A stretch of DNA of 64,000 bases. Source: Octopus vulgaris (Eukaryota). Location: the NCBI GenBank assembly GCA_951406725.2, contig OX597817.1:125426001-125490000 (forward strand). The letters run 5' to 3'. Shown here in pieces: positions 1 to 14,270 of the stretch. Below the pieces are notes generated by a model. The model was not told where the DNA came from, searched no databases, and saw nothing but the letters and a program-made list of their open reading frames with translations. How positions within the stretch are numbered: position 1 is the stretch's first letter; every line of letters starts with the position of its first letter. The translations under genes and the position numbers were made by a program.

Positions 1-18
1 TGTATATACATACATACA

Positions 19-61
<43 letters not shown>

Positions 62-67
<6 letters not shown>

Positions 68-265
68 AAGGGAAAGTTTACGAAAATAAACAAAAGACGA
101 AGGCAGGTGGAGTACAAACAAACAAATGTATTAGTATAGCGCTCAGGAATAGAAAAAGTCTCTTACGTTTCGACCCTGTGCTCTTCGACAGAAAGATACA
201 CAGAAAATAACAAGGAGAGAAAAAAATGCATGTAGGAGCTAACAATCTATCATGGCGTACCCTGT
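62..265 (-). mobile_element. Short non-autonomous repeat between (TA)n tracts carrying a variant hammerhead-like motif (probable Penelope-type pLTR fragment)
   Basis: Minus strand 197-157 reads TCTTT-CTGTCGA-A-GAGC-acag-GGTC-GAAAC-GTA-AGAGA. This matches the layout of a minimal HHR, with a U in place of core A6 and one stem II mismatch. (TA)n lies on both sides. Confidence 0.45.
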
Positions 266-455
266 ACATATATATATATATGTCATTATTATTATTGTTG
301 TTGTTGTTGTTAACATTATTATTATTTCAACGAGGACATCCTGGGTAGCTGTATTTAACAAGATTTATTGTTTTTAATATAACATTATCTTTACTCTTTT
401 AGCTAAATGAGTGCATTTTTAATTGTTGAAGCATTACCACATAATACACACACAT

Positions 456-510
<55 letters not shown>

Positions 511-1520
511 CATATTATATATATGTACAGTATATATATATATGTGTGTGTATGTGTGCATGTGTATAAATATGCATATATGTATATATATGTATATATA
601 TATATGTGTGTTGTTAAATACAGCTATCAGGGTGTCCTTGCTAAAATAATAATAATGTTATATATACACACATACACGCACGTGCATGCATGTGTGTGTG
701 TGTGTGTGCATGTGTTTGTGTGTATTATCTGCAATTACACAAGAACCTGTTAAACAACTTTTTACATGTTTCCATTCTCCTGTGGAAATGAAATTTCAGA
801 TGAAATGTCAAATTTCTGGTTGTCTTCTTTTCTCATACAACATGAATTCTATTCACAGACACTATTGATTTTGCTTTGCAAAACCGAGAAACAAGTCATC
901 AATGGAACAATCTACCATATTCTTAAAAATACTTGATATTATTTCAAAATATATCACAGATAGGTGGCAGCATCTTTTATTTGACTTCCTAAACACACTC
1001 ACTATTGATATATTTATGTGGGTCAAATGTTTTAATTTAGAATACAACTTGCAGGAATTTGTTTTTTAATTAATACCAGGATGAAAGGGTCAATGTAGGT
1101 TGAACACCAATCAATCATGACAACCAAAGTTATATCTTGTTTGGTTTTCTTGTACATCACTATGCATGGTACAGAATGCTTTTAAAGACAATGTTAAGAA
1201 AGACCCAAGACCCAACACATGAAACCAGCTTGTTGATCACTGACAAAACAGAATTAACCATTGATATACCTCCATGAACAAAATTGGATAGCATTTGCTG
1301 TAATGGATTCTTTCTCAACAGTTTACTTTCATAAGAAAATATGGCAAGCACAAATTCATACTTATATCAAATTACACACATACACAATCAAATTCTTACA
1401 AACACAAACATTCTTATATCTACATAATCATACATATGTATGCATACATAGATACAAACATATACATACATATATAGATATATATACACATACACACACA
1501 CATACATATATATGTATATA

Positions 1521-1749
1521 TTTCTTTACTACCCACTAGGGGCTAAACACAGAGGGGACAAAAAGGACAGACACATGGATTAAGTCGATTACATCGACCC
1601 CAGTGCGTGGCTGGTACTTAATTTATCGACCCCGAAAGGATGAAAGGCAAAGTCGACCTCGACGGAATTTGAACTCAGAATGTGATGGCAGATGAAATAC
1701 CGCTAAGCATTTCGCCCGGCGTGCTAGCGTTTCTGCCAGCTTACCGCCT
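1521..1749 (-). mobile_element. tRNA-derived SINE family A (central domain resembling the MetaSINE domain)
   Basis: The minus strand has the head GGCGGTAAGCTGGCAGAAACG, a B-box-like GAGTTCAAATTCC and the core GACTTTGCCTTTCATCCTTTCGGGGTCGATAAATTAAGTACCAG. The same sequence recurs at 29795, 38201, 40921 and 59625. Confidence 0.85.
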
Positions 1750-2259
1750 ATATACATATATATGTATATGTCTGTGTGTATACGTGTGTATGTGCATCAC
1801 CATCATCATCATCATCATTGCATATTGTTTACTTTCAGTGCTACTACAAGTCGAATACTTTGATGGTCCCTTGTCAGTTGGAAGACCCTCGTATGCTCTA
1901 GAGGCCTGTTTTGATATGCTTCCTACAGCTAGATGTGCTTTCTAATGCCATCCATTTTACAGAGTATTTTGGGAACATTTTTCTGCTACCAGTACTAGTG
2001 AGTTTGCCTGGCAAGCTGTAAGAATAACGTGCCTAAAATGGTTTCTACAACTGAATGAGAATAAGAAAGGGCTATGATGATTCTGTGCAAGGTACTGAAA
2101 GAGGGTAAAATATGATGAAAGGAACAGATTTATAGTTGTGTGAGGTTGATAGTGGACAGAGTAGCAGAATAGAGAAAGCACTATAGTTAAAGGAAGTGTA
2201 GAAGGGGTTAGTCTCAAGGATTACTGACAAGGGAAGAATTGAGTCATCAATATGATGAA

Positions 2260-2511
2260 ATGGATCAGATAGAGCACTTTGAGCAATTCCTTATTAAAAG
2301 GGTAAAGATGAGTGGAAGGTATGAAGTGAAAAGAATATAAAAAATGGATTAGATAGAGCACTTTGAGCAATTCCTTATTAAAAGGGTAAAGATGAGTGGA
2401 AGGTATGAAGTGAAAAGAATATAAAAAAATGGATTAGATAGAGCACTTTGAGCAATTCCTTATTAAAAGAGTAAAGATGAGTGGAAGGTATGAAGTGAAA
2501 AGAATATAAAA
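2260..2511 (+). repeat. Tandem repeat, 3 x ~84 bp
   Basis: The unit ATGGATTAGATAGAGCACTTTGAGCAATTCC...AAGAATATAAAA starts at 2260, 2344 and 2429, and the copies are nearly identical. Confidence 0.9.
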
Positions 2512-2789
2512 GTGTGAAATAGAAAAGGGTGGCAAGGATCTATTGGAAATCACTGAAAGAATGAGAAGTGTAGGGTATTATTGGAGGTTTAGGTTAAAGA
2601 GACAGAGATAAGAGAGTGCAGAGGGAGAAGAGAGGCTGTGGGAAATGACGAGGGAAAAAATGGCAATAGAGAGATTGACGATGGTGGCAGGAATAATAAT
2701 AAGATTTCCATGCCTCTTTTTTGTTATCATCAATAAAGGCTTGTACACACAATGTACACAAACAGCCTGCATGGATGGAAAGAATAAAC

Positions 2790-5210
2790 TGGCAAATAAT
2801 CCCACTAAGAGCAAATATATATCTTTTTTACTTGAAGCAAGCAAAGGGAAAACTAATAAACCCAACAAACTAAGAATAATTGCTAAACATGACCTTCACA
2901 AGAAAACAAAGGATGCATAGATTGAAATCCTCAAACAAAAATTACAATTGAAAAATCAAACGACTGGCAAGATACAAAACATACTCAGTATTCCATGGAC
3001 AAAACATGCTATTCAAGGAGAACATAAAAAACTTCTACAGGGAACTGGGGAAAAATACCATTATTGCAAAAACAGCTCTTCCCCAGCAGCAAACTGAAGG
3101 TTTTCGAAAAAAACATCTGGAGTAATCCAAAGGAGTTTAATCAGAATGCACATTGGGTCAGGGACATAGGAGAGGCCAATGTCCAACTCAAATATCAAAA
3201 ATGGCAGGATATAGCAACCAGAGATGTGAAAGCAGTACTTAACAAGTCAGAGAAATGGAAATCTCCAGTTATAGAAAAGATTCCAAATTTTTGGCTAAAC
3301 TCTTCAATGAGCACCCACCACACATCAGCCATAGTACTCAATGAAGTTACTCCAACCCTGTAAAAGCCCAAAGTAGCTTACAGAAAGGATTACATATCTC
3401 TTACCAAAAACAAGAAACTATTAACCCCCAAAAGCACTCTCATTTAAAATGGAATAAATGTGGTGATAATTTTAGCATGCATAGCAAAACAAAAGTGCTG
3501 TTGCTACTCTTGGCCTCTGGAGGATACGTGGTGCTAAGGTTACTGAAATAAAGTTATAATGAAAAGAAACCATAAAGACAATGATAATAATTGAAGACCT
3601 CACATTCAATTGTGTTTGATGTTGACACAGTCATAAAAGAACCCGAACAAGAACAAATTAATAAATACTTCAGAATAAATGAAGGACGTTGCATTCAGCA
3701 TGCAAGTGTGAAAGAGAAGACCAGTAAGGAGTGTTATAGGTGAGTTCAAGCAGTCCTACAAGGTGTTAGCTATAAATTCCTTAGTAGTTCTTGTTGTTAT
3801 TTACAGTTTCAATATGTTGAACTGGAATATGAGCAAAATAAGGAAGATTGACAAGAAAATCCGTAAGCTGCTGACTTGCAATAAGATGCACAGCCCAAAG
3901 GCAGATGCAGATCGTCCTTAACTACCTAGAGCACAAAGAGGTTGAGGCTTGATCCAATTTGAAATCTCCTACAAAACAATCATAACTGGACTGGCAAAAT
4001 ATCTTGAAACATCTAACAACTGGATGCTAAAGCTTGTTGAAAACCATGAAAGATGTAAGAAGCTTCATTCTGTTAAGAAGGAGAGCAAAAAATTTTCAAG
4101 TGAGTTTATGCATGATACCAAGGTTTAAGAGCATGTTGGAAGTGCAGCAACTGTAGTTACAAAGAAGGTAAAATCAATAGCAAAGCAAAATGTGTTTGAA
4201 CAACTGGCTGATAGTTGGGAACAAAAACCTCTGCATGGCAAATATGTGGCCCATAGCAAACAAGCTGATGTAGACCAGAAGCACACTCATCAAGGCTAAA
4301 GGCAGAGAGTGATGACTTTATCTTAGCTGCCCAAGATCAGAGCTTATTGACCTGGAACTATCAAGCCAATGTGATGAAAAATGGTGTGGGCCCAAAGTGA
4401 CGATACTACAACAATGGGGTAGAAACAATGGACCACCTAATCTCTGGATGTAAGGTTTCAGCATTTGTAGAGCACAAATCAAGAGATGACAGAGTTGGCC
4501 AATATCTGCATTGGATAATGTGTCGGTATTATAAAATCAAAACTGCTGAGAAATGGTACAAGCATCACTCTGAGGCTGTAATTGAGGGAGAAAATGTAAC
4601 TATTCTTTTGGACTTTTCAGTATGTACAGAGTGGACCATCACAGCAAATAAACCAGATCTTGTTGTGAAAGACCAAAACAATAAAGTCTGTTCATTGATT
4701 GACATGAGCATACCCTGTGACCATAAATTCTCAACAAAAGAATTTGATAAGCTCAGAAAATATAATGGTTTACTAATCAAAACCGAAAAGATGTGGCATC
4801 ACAAGACAGTTACAATACCAGTGATTGTTGGAACACTTGGATTGATCAAAAATGGAACTGAAAATTATTTAAGAATGATCACTCACTTACCATCCTTGCA
4901 GGAAGTGCAAAAGATTGTCTTAACTGGTACATCACAGGTATTGAAAAGTGCATTGTTGGTGTGAATTTACTTTCCTTCCCCCACCCCTTTATTTTATTTG
5001 TTTACTTTTTTATTTTTATTTTTTCCTTTTTCTCTATCACATGACTTTGTAAATGAACAATCTGGTGTGTTTATTTTAATTGCCTACCAGTGTATACAGT
5101 ACTTTTCTCTGCCTTAGGTGTTAGGAAGACAGTCAGCAGGAAATGGAAGCAAAATTGAAAGATGCTACTGAAAATCATGATAACAACAACAACAACAACA
5201 ACAACAATAA
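2790..5210 (+). mobile_element. Decayed R4/Dong-like non-LTR retrotransposon (REL endonuclease type), RT core largely deleted
   Basis: Motifs run across frameshifts: KWKSPVIEKIPNFWL (3064-3363), KIDKKIRKLLTCNKMHSPKADADR, WEQKPLHGKY, ILAAQDQSLL, ETMDHLISGC (zinc knuckle), then ANKPDLVV..LIDMSIPCD..KE..KL.KY..IPVIVGTLG (REL domain, 4428-4964). A 3' UTR and a (CAA)n/TAA tail follow. Confidence 0.85.
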
Positions 5211-5284
5211 CTTCAAGGAAAACAAAAAAATGTAAGCATCTGCAAATTGTGTGCAGGTGCCATGAGAAATGTGTCTATACTTTG

Positions 5285-5795
<511 letters not shown>

Positions 5796-5804
5796 TTTGC
5801 TGTG

Positions 5805-6770
5805 GTTATGTATCTGTCAATTCTGAAAATACTGATAAACATTTAAAAGCACAAAACAAACGTCACTTTCTTTCAGTTACCACTCACTCTCTGTCTCACT
5901 CCCTCTCTGTCCCTCTTCTCTCTCCCTTTATCACTCACTTCAAGTATACCTTATCTACTGAACACCTTTTATTTTTATTTTTATTTCCACCTCTCCCTTT
6001 AAGTGTAGAAAAGTAACAGTAACATCCTCAGATATTTACTGAAAGAGAGAGGGTTTGTGTGTGAGAGAGAGGGAGAGACAGACATATCGATAAATAGATA
6101 GATGGAGAGATATGTAGATAGATAGATAGACAGACAGACAAACAGACAGACAGATAGATAGATAGATTGATAGATAGATAGACAGACCACTGTTAGGACC
6201 AGATTAACACCCATAGATCTATGTCTACTTTTCTTTCGATGTATGTATCAGTCTACTCTTAAAATACTGATAACCATGTTTTCTCTCTTCCTTTCAGCCA
6301 CCACTCTCTCTCTCTCTCTCTCACCCTTTCTATTTCTCTCTCACTCCCTCTCTGTGCCACTCAATTCAACTTTACCTCTTCTGTACAACTAAAAAGATTT
6401 TCCTACCCCTGTATTGGACTTTATTTCATTTTGTTCCAGCCACTTGACGGTTTATCATGCTCCAGTCTACTCATAGCTGTAATACAAAGATGCCAGCCTT
6501 GTCACATTCTGCATGAGGCTGAATCTTCCTGAGTTAATGATGTGCATGTCTATGGAGTACACAGCCACTTGCATGTTAATTTTATCCTGGTGTGGTAATG
6601 AATATTTGCTGTAGTTATTTGTCTTTGATTTACCAATGTGTCTATGTATCTACTTTTCTTTCGATGTATGAATCATTCTACTCTGAAGATACTGATAAAC
6701 ATTTATTGTCTCTTCTTTTCAGTCACCATTCACTCGCCCCATCTCACTCCCTCTCTGTCCCTCCTCTCTC
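5805..6770 (+). repeat. Diverged ~420-bp-period tandem repeat (3 partial copies)
   Basis: The motif ...AATACTGATAAACAT...CTTTCAG..ACCA...TCACTCCCTCTCTGT recurs near 5825-5910, 6260-6355 and 6685-6760. Confidence 0.55.
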
Positions 6771-6864
6771 TCGCTTTGTACCTCTCCCTTCAACCTTTTC
6801 ACCTCTTCCTTTGAAGTGTGACACACACCACAGGTATGTACAAAAACATGCAGAACTAAGCATA

Positions 6865-8776
6865 TTAATATTATTGATAAGGATCAACTCTTAATTGATA
6901 ATCTAATTAACAGGAGTTTCAAGAGAAGACACACAAACCTGAGCATGGCATGGGCTGACTACCATAAAGCATACAATATGATACCCCACTCCTGGTTAAT
7001 AAGAACAATGGAAATGTATGGAGTTGCAGAAAATATGAGAATCCTTATATGGAATAGCGTGAAGTGCTGGAGGATGGAATTGACAGCAGAAAATGAAGTA
7101 TTAAGAGAAGTGAAAATCAAGAGAGGAATCTTCCAGGGAGATAGTGTTTCTCCACTGATCTTCATGTTGGGAATGATCCCTTTGAGTGAAATACTACAGA
7201 AAACAAAGTTAGGGTATTGTCTATGGAAAGGTAAGGAAAAACTGAACCACTTGCTATTCATGGACGATCTCAAGCTATTCACAAAAACTGATGCAGAACT
7301 GAGCAGCTTAGTTCAGTCAGTGCGGATTTTCTCCAATGATATTAAGATGGAGTTTGGACTCTCAAAATGTGCTACAATTGTGATTTGTTGAGGAAAGCGT
7401 GTCAGGACAGAAGGCATATGGTTGTCAAGTGGTGAAATGATGAACACAATTCAATCTCAATCCAGCCATAAATACCTGGGAATACTTGAGGTAGATGGAA
7501 TTAAACACGACATGAAGGAAATTACAAAAAAGTGAGTACTTGTGATAAATGAGAAAAATATTGGCTTCAAAGATGAATGCTGGAACCATAACTTTGGCAA
7601 TAAACTTGCATGCAGTTGCAATAGTTCAGTATGGCACTGGAATCCTGAAGTGGACAGAAGAGGAGTTAAAGGAGATGGACAAGAAGTCAAGAAAGCTCCT
7701 AACAATGCATAGAACCCATCATCCACAGACACTGATTACCTATACATGAAGAGAGCAAACGGAGGAAAAGAAATGATAAGTGTGGAAGATGTGTGTGTAT
7801 CAAACTTGAGAGCTTCATGAGATATCTAGCCCAAAGTAAGGAAACCTTGCTAGTGACAGTTAGGAAACAGAGAGTATTGAAAGCAGAGAAAAAAGAAAAA
7901 CAAAGAAATACAAAAAGAACATGAAGAAAAATTATGCAAGAAGAGACTACACGATCAGTTCCATAGAGCCACAACAGAAGTTGTTGGAAAAAATAGGTGA
8001 GATTGGCTGATGAAAGTAACACTGAAAAAAAAGGAGACTAAGAGCACTATATAGGCAGTGCAAGATCAAGCAAGAGTCAACTTGAGGAATGAACAAGTGT
8101 CTCCACTGTGCCACATCTGCAATAGAGTGGATGAAACCATTGCCCATATTGCAAACGAATGCCCTAGACTTGCCCCAAACCATTACAAGTTGTGGTGACA
8201 TGATCAGGTAGCAAAAGAGCTACACTGGAAACTGTGTGAAAAGTGGGGGCTTAAGAGAAGCAAGACATCGTATGAGCTCAATACACAGAGAGTGGTAGAG
8301 TTGGAGACGAGCAAAATCCTCTGGAATTTCCAATTCCAAACAGATCAGGTGCTAGAGCATAACCGACCAGATCTAGTGATGGTGGACAAGGTGCATCACA
8401 TATGCTATATAGTTGATGTTGCAACCCTCTTTGACTCACAAATAATCAAGAAGGAAGGTGAAAAGATAAATACAACCCCCCTCAAGTGTAAAATAGCCCG
8501 GCTATGGAAAATGAAGAAGATGAAGATAGTGCCAGTTATTGTTGGGTCCTTGGAAACAGTGTCAGAAAGCATCAAGGAGAATATAAAGGAAATTTGAAGA
8601 TAAAGCCCAGTAGAACTGTCACAAAAAGTTTTCCTCCTTGTCATGACCAGAATAATCAGGAAAGTATTAGATAGCTGAAAAGAATGGATATCATGCTGGT
8701 AGCAAGCCCGTTATGCATGCAAGCAAGGCTCCAAGAGCTCCAACAAAACCTGTGATAAAGAGAAATAATAATAATA
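6865..8776 (+). mobile_element. Decayed R4/Dong-like non-LTR retrotransposon (RT + zinc knuckle + REL)
   Basis: RT motifs QLLID, MAWADYHKAYNMIPHSWL, GIFQGDSVSPLIF and LNHLLFMDDLKLF (6945-7391); KYLGILE; knuckle CHICNRVDETIAHIANEC; REL HNRPDLV..IVDVA..FD..VPVIVGS (8292-8597). It ends in a TAATAATAAT tail. Confidence 0.9.
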
Positions 8777-9027
8777 GTAAAACCACCCCTGTTGTAGGTA
8801 TCCTGGGAATGATCAGTAAAAACCAAGACTGTCCCTGTTGTTGTAGGTGCACTGGCAATGATCAAGAAAGGTACTGACAAATCTTTTTACCAAATGATGG
8901 TGCTGGCATCAACTGCCCACATTCTCAGGAAGTTTCTCTCCATCTAATATATATGTGCCTGAGGTCTCTGGTTGAGACCTGGTCAGAAGATGAAATAATA
9001 TGCAATTCAATTGGAAAATGATAATAC

Positions 9028-9075
<48 letters not shown>

Positions 9076-9090
9076 TAATAATAATAATGA
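8777..9090 (+). mobile_element. 3' end fragment of a third R4/Dong-like element followed by (TAA)n
   Basis: It translates to TKTVPVVVGALAMIKKGTDK (REL C-terminus). The 3' UTR resembles that at 5105-5160, and (TAA)n runs 9020-9090. Confidence 0.65.
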
Positions 9091-9229
9091 TCCTTTCTAC
9101 TGTAGGCACATAACCTGAAAATTTAGGGGAGGGGATAGACATTTACATCGACCCCAGTGTGTAACTGGTACTTATTTCATCAACCCCAACAAAAAGATGA
9201 AAGGCAAAGTCGGCCTCGGCGGAATTTGG

Positions 9230-9269
<40 letters not shown>

Positions 9270-10050
9270 TAATAATAATGATAATAATAATAATATTAAT
9301 AATAATAATAATAATAATAATCCTTTTCATTATAAGCACAGGGCCTGATTTTTGGGGAAAGGGTTAAGTTGATTACATTTCCAGTACTCAAATGGTACTT
9401 GTGCTTTTCATCCTCAAAAGGATGAAAAGTAAAGTTGATCTTGGTGGAATTTGAACTCAGAGCATGAAGACAGATGAAATGCCCCTCAGCATGTTGCTCA
9501 TCATACTAACAATTCTGCTAGCTCACTACACTTGGTAAGTTGGTGGCCTCTTGTCTAAAATAGAAACAACAACAACAATAATCATTCTTTTGAAGATTGA
9601 TAGCAATTTCGAGGAAAGTTCATTTGGAAATATCATCAACCCATTATTGAATTGCACTTTAATTTAATGATTCTAACATGGTGAAAGGGAAAGTTGACTA
9701 CACCTTGATTTGAACTCAGAATCTAATCATCTGGAAGAAATACAGTAAACCATTTTGTCGAACACTAATAATTTTGCAAAATAATAATAATGGTGATGAT
9801 GATAATAATAATAATGATAATAATAATATTAATAATAATAATGGTTTCAAATTTTCACACAAGGCCAGCAATTTGGTGGGAGGGAGTAAGTCAATTACAT
9901 TGACACCATTGCTCAGCTGGTACATATTTTATTGACCCCCCAAAAATGAAAAGCAAAATCGACATTGGAAGAATTTGAACTCTTGCACATAAAGATGGAT
10001 GAAATGTCGTCAAGCAATTTTTCCCGGTGTATTAACAATTCTGCCAGGTC
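9091..10050 (-). mobile_element. Cluster of 3-4 partial SINE family A copies separated by (TAA)n
   Basis: Copies near 9091-9230, 9321-9535, 9640-9780 and 9841-10050 carry GATGAAAGGCAAAGTCG..CTCGGCGGAATTTGAACTC-like sequence. Confidence 0.7.
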
Positions 10051-10239
10051 AATAATAATAATAACAATAATAATTATGATAAATTGAACATAGAGCTTTT
10101 AGTTTTTTATGAGACATGACCTTTTGATCAAATCATGCTTTTCAGTTTTTTAAGATCCTTTCTTAAAGAAATCTACGTTCATAAAATTCTCTATAGTTTA
10201 AAATAAACAAATCTGATTGCCAAATCTTGTCTATTATTA

Positions 10240-10300
<61 letters not shown>

Positions 10301-10789
10301 TATTATTATTGTTATTATAAAATAACACTAGTGTTAGTATTTAAACTAAAGATCAAACACATTTGTAATAAATCAATGTTCTTTGATGTTAGTATAAGAC
10401 ATTCCTTTACCATTTGCCAACATCTTAAAAACCCAGGGAAACCTAATATGAATAATTGCCACCAATCATAAATTGCTATGTAATTGTTTCTTGTGAAGAT
10501 ACTGTCAACTAATAGAATACATTCTTAACTACAAAGTTACTTATCCAATTTAATTTAGTACATTAGCAATAAAAATCACTTTGAACATTTACACCTTTTG
10601 CTTGTATCATGATATATTGTGACATATTCGTTTACTTGATAAAATAATGTGTTTCACGTTGGGATTAAACTTGGTATGGTAGCTCTACAAAGAACACTGT
10701 ATTTTTGAATCAAATCCAGCTGATGGTGAGGTGACTGTAACCTGTCATCGTTGTACAGTGATCAGTCATCATTGGGTGTGTGTGTGTAT

Positions 10790-11244
<455 letters not shown>

Positions 11245-11543
11245 TGCATACATTCATACACACACATGTATAAATAGGTATATATATATATATATATATA
11301 ATATGAGGGAATATTATTCTAAACTTACAGGGAAAATTCAATTTAGAAATACTAAATCAAATTTCCCAAGTATAATATATATATACATATAAATTAGAAA
11401 AAACCCACCTTTTATCAATTCAATAATGAAAAATTAAATTATACCATTTAGAAAAATTACATATTATAGAAAGATTAAATATAAGATAAAACATATAACA
11501 ATGATTAAGTAATGTGCAAAATAATAAATAAAACGTATATATT

Positions 11544-11587
<44 letters not shown>

Positions 11588-11653
11588 ATAGAAATTATAA
11601 GACAACAAAAGAATAAAAGTGACTGCAATATTATGTAAATAGAGGAATGTATT

Positions 11654-12033
11654 TGTAAATATAATATGTGACAATTACTCAATAGCCATGATAAAACTCT
11701 GAGTTTCAAATGTTGGTACAAAAACCCATGCCACCATCTCTTCAGTTATCCGGCCATCGAAAAAATGCTATGAAAATGACTGTTAAACAAAAGGAAATTA
11801 CTGTGTGATTGCCCATTATTAAGACAAAGTCGCTTTACTTAGCAGTCATTCTAATAGCTCTTTTGTCTTAATAACGGTCAATCAAACAGTAATTTCCCTT
11901 TGTTTAACGGTCACTTTCATAGCATTTTTTTCAATGGCAGGATAACTGAAGAAATGGCGGTGTGGGTTTCCGCCCCAACATCCGAAACTCGGAGTTTTAT
12001 TATGGCTACTGAATAATTGTCACATATTATATT

Positions 12034-12037
<4 letters not shown>
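11654..12037. mobile_element. ~175-bp inverted repeat with a hammerhead in each arm (Penelope-type inverted pLTR)
   Basis: Arm 11654-11828 is a diverged reverse complement of arm 11862-12037, with a 33-bp spacer. (TA)n lies on the right. Confidence 0.8.
11941..12000 (+). ncRNA. Hammerhead ribozyme (type I, extended stem II); antisense copy at 11690-11750
   Basis: The sequence reads ATAA-CTGAAGA-aATG-GCGG..CCGC..CAT-cc-GAAAC-TCGGA-GTT-TTAT. Stem I is AUAA/UUAU, and the stem III region AAACUC-G-GAGUUU is near-palindromic. Confidence 0.65.
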
Positions 12038-12074
<37 letters not shown>

Positions 12075-13429
12075 TTATATACATATATACATGCAGCTAT
12101 TTTGTGCTGGTCTGATAAAATCATTTGTTTCTTTCCAACATTATTTGAATTAAGACAAAATATATTTTTAGGAAAATCCTTAACAATTTTATGTAGTTTC
12201 ATTCTTCCTTTATGCATTTTGCTTGTAGCTTTTGAAATGTGAATAAATTTTGCCACTTTTCAGATATATGATGACTGCTCACATTATATTTTCCTGATAC
12301 ATCATCTTCAGTATAGTACCCTTATCAGTCGCTCTCGAACAGTCTGTGAAGTCAGTTGTTTAATAACAGTGAGCTGTAAAAAGTGGCTCAATGAATTTTC
12401 TGAGTCTAAATTCAATGATTTCTATGGTCAAAGCATTGACAAACAAATGGAACATTGGCAAAAAATTGTGATAGATTTGTAAAAACTGTTGATGGAAAAT
12501 AAGTTTTGAAATAAAAATGAATGAATTTATTTGACAATCCAGTACATTTGTGTATACATACAAGTGTGTATATATTTATGTGTATGCACACACACACACA
12601 CACACTGGTATACATATATATAAACTTTCACAAAGGAAATGTTGACAGTGACATAAGTTTGACTTTCCTCACTGTCATCAGAGAAATAAAGAAACAAATA
12701 AATAAATTTAAATATGATTGAAAATACATATATAAATTCTCATGCTTTAATATTTGTTTTCCTGTTTGCATCACCAAACCCATATGTGTGTGTGTGTGTG
12801 CATGTGTATTTATATATTCATAGATAAACATACATATACATATAGACCTCAGCTGATTTTCATTTATTTTTTTATCCATTGCTTCTTAGCTGGAATGAAA
12901 GTTTTTGTGATACAATCTTACAAGAAAACTATATCTATTCGGCTAAATTGTGTTTATTATTGTCATAAAATAACAAGTTTGACAGTTAATCTTACAGAGC
13001 CAATGTTTCAAATGAGAAATACACTAAATTGTTCACTGAATCATTGAGTTTATGCCCATAGTATGAATTAGCTGTATATTAAACTCTATATTAGACCAGT
13101 AACACATTCATACTATATAATTCATTGAACCATTCATAAAACTAATGGCTGAAACCTTTTATTTGAACTTTCACTTCAATTAGTTTGGCTGCAGCAGCTT
13201 CCTCTCTGCTTTTCACCACTTATATTGAACTTTTCTAGATAATCCTGTTCCAAATATTATATGTGCAAAAGTTGCACAGAAGTAATACAAAAGTGACTAT
13301 AAGTTTTAGATTAGCTAACTTAGGTTGTTCAAATTGCACATTTTAGTTGAGAATATCTCAGGTAAATATCTGCAGGAAAATAATTGTTTCTAAGCAAATG
13401 CAACATACCATCATTAAGTTCTTAAAGGA

Positions 13430-14190
13430 GCACCCAGCTTCATTCCCCATGCAGGCTACCCAACATCCATTGAAAACTATAGGTGGTTTATGCAGACAGT
13501 ATCATTAACAAGAGTAATGTGCACAAATGGATGAAGTTTAAATAAGGAAAACCCAACATCGAAGATAAACTATGCAGTGGAAGACTGTCAACTACAATAA
13601 TTGATGCAAATTATCCATGAATTAACAAATTGATCTGTGCAGACAGCTGAGTCCATAGCACATGAGCCTGCTGCACAATTAGACTGTGGTAACAGTGCAT
13701 TACAGGAGGTAGTGGAAGACATTGCATAATGGAAAGTGTGTGCAATGAGGGTCACCAAACTTAAAGCAGAAAGTGATGAACATTTCCTCTCATCTCAGGG
13801 AAATGTTTGAAGCCAGTGAAGACATATGTTTCCTAACTGATAACAGGAGATTATGTATGGATGTATTTTTATGATCTGGAAACAGATGCTCAGTCCATCA
13901 AACCTTCTTCTCGAAAGCTTCATAAATTCAAGATCTGGGACCCTCTGGCTTCCTTTGTTATATCCAATGAAGAACAATCTTTAGGGAGAATGATTCAGTG
14001 ATTCAAATGATATAGAATAGATAATGAAATTCTAGGTGCAACAGTTCATGCCTAAATCATTTCAAAGAAGTTTGAGAGCTGGGTTTGAATACAGTGCAAA
14101 TGCACAAGTATATACACAAGTGCTATAAGGATAAGTTGTTTTATAAAGCTTGAAACACGTGTACCGCGACATCCTTTGTGTTGTTTTTTA
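13430..14190 (+). pseudogene. Highly decayed mariner-type transposase remnant
   Basis: Fragments EDKLCSGRLST (cf. EDxxRSGRPST), KVCAMRVTKL (cf. KVCARWVPRLL) and PMKNNL.GE.FSD, with many stops and frameshifts. Confidence 0.5.
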
Positions 14191-14270
14191 TTTCATTTGA
14201 TTCATACATGTATATATATATATATATGTATGTATCATATATATATGTATGTACATATATATATATATAT

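Noticed and set aside
2260-2511. CRISPR-like array
   Set aside because: The tandem units are contiguous with no unique spacers, there are no cas genes, and the context is eukaryotic.
12100-12540. Possible mariner remnant
   Set aside because: There is only a weak resemblance to a transposase C-terminus, and no TIR pair could be identified with confidence.
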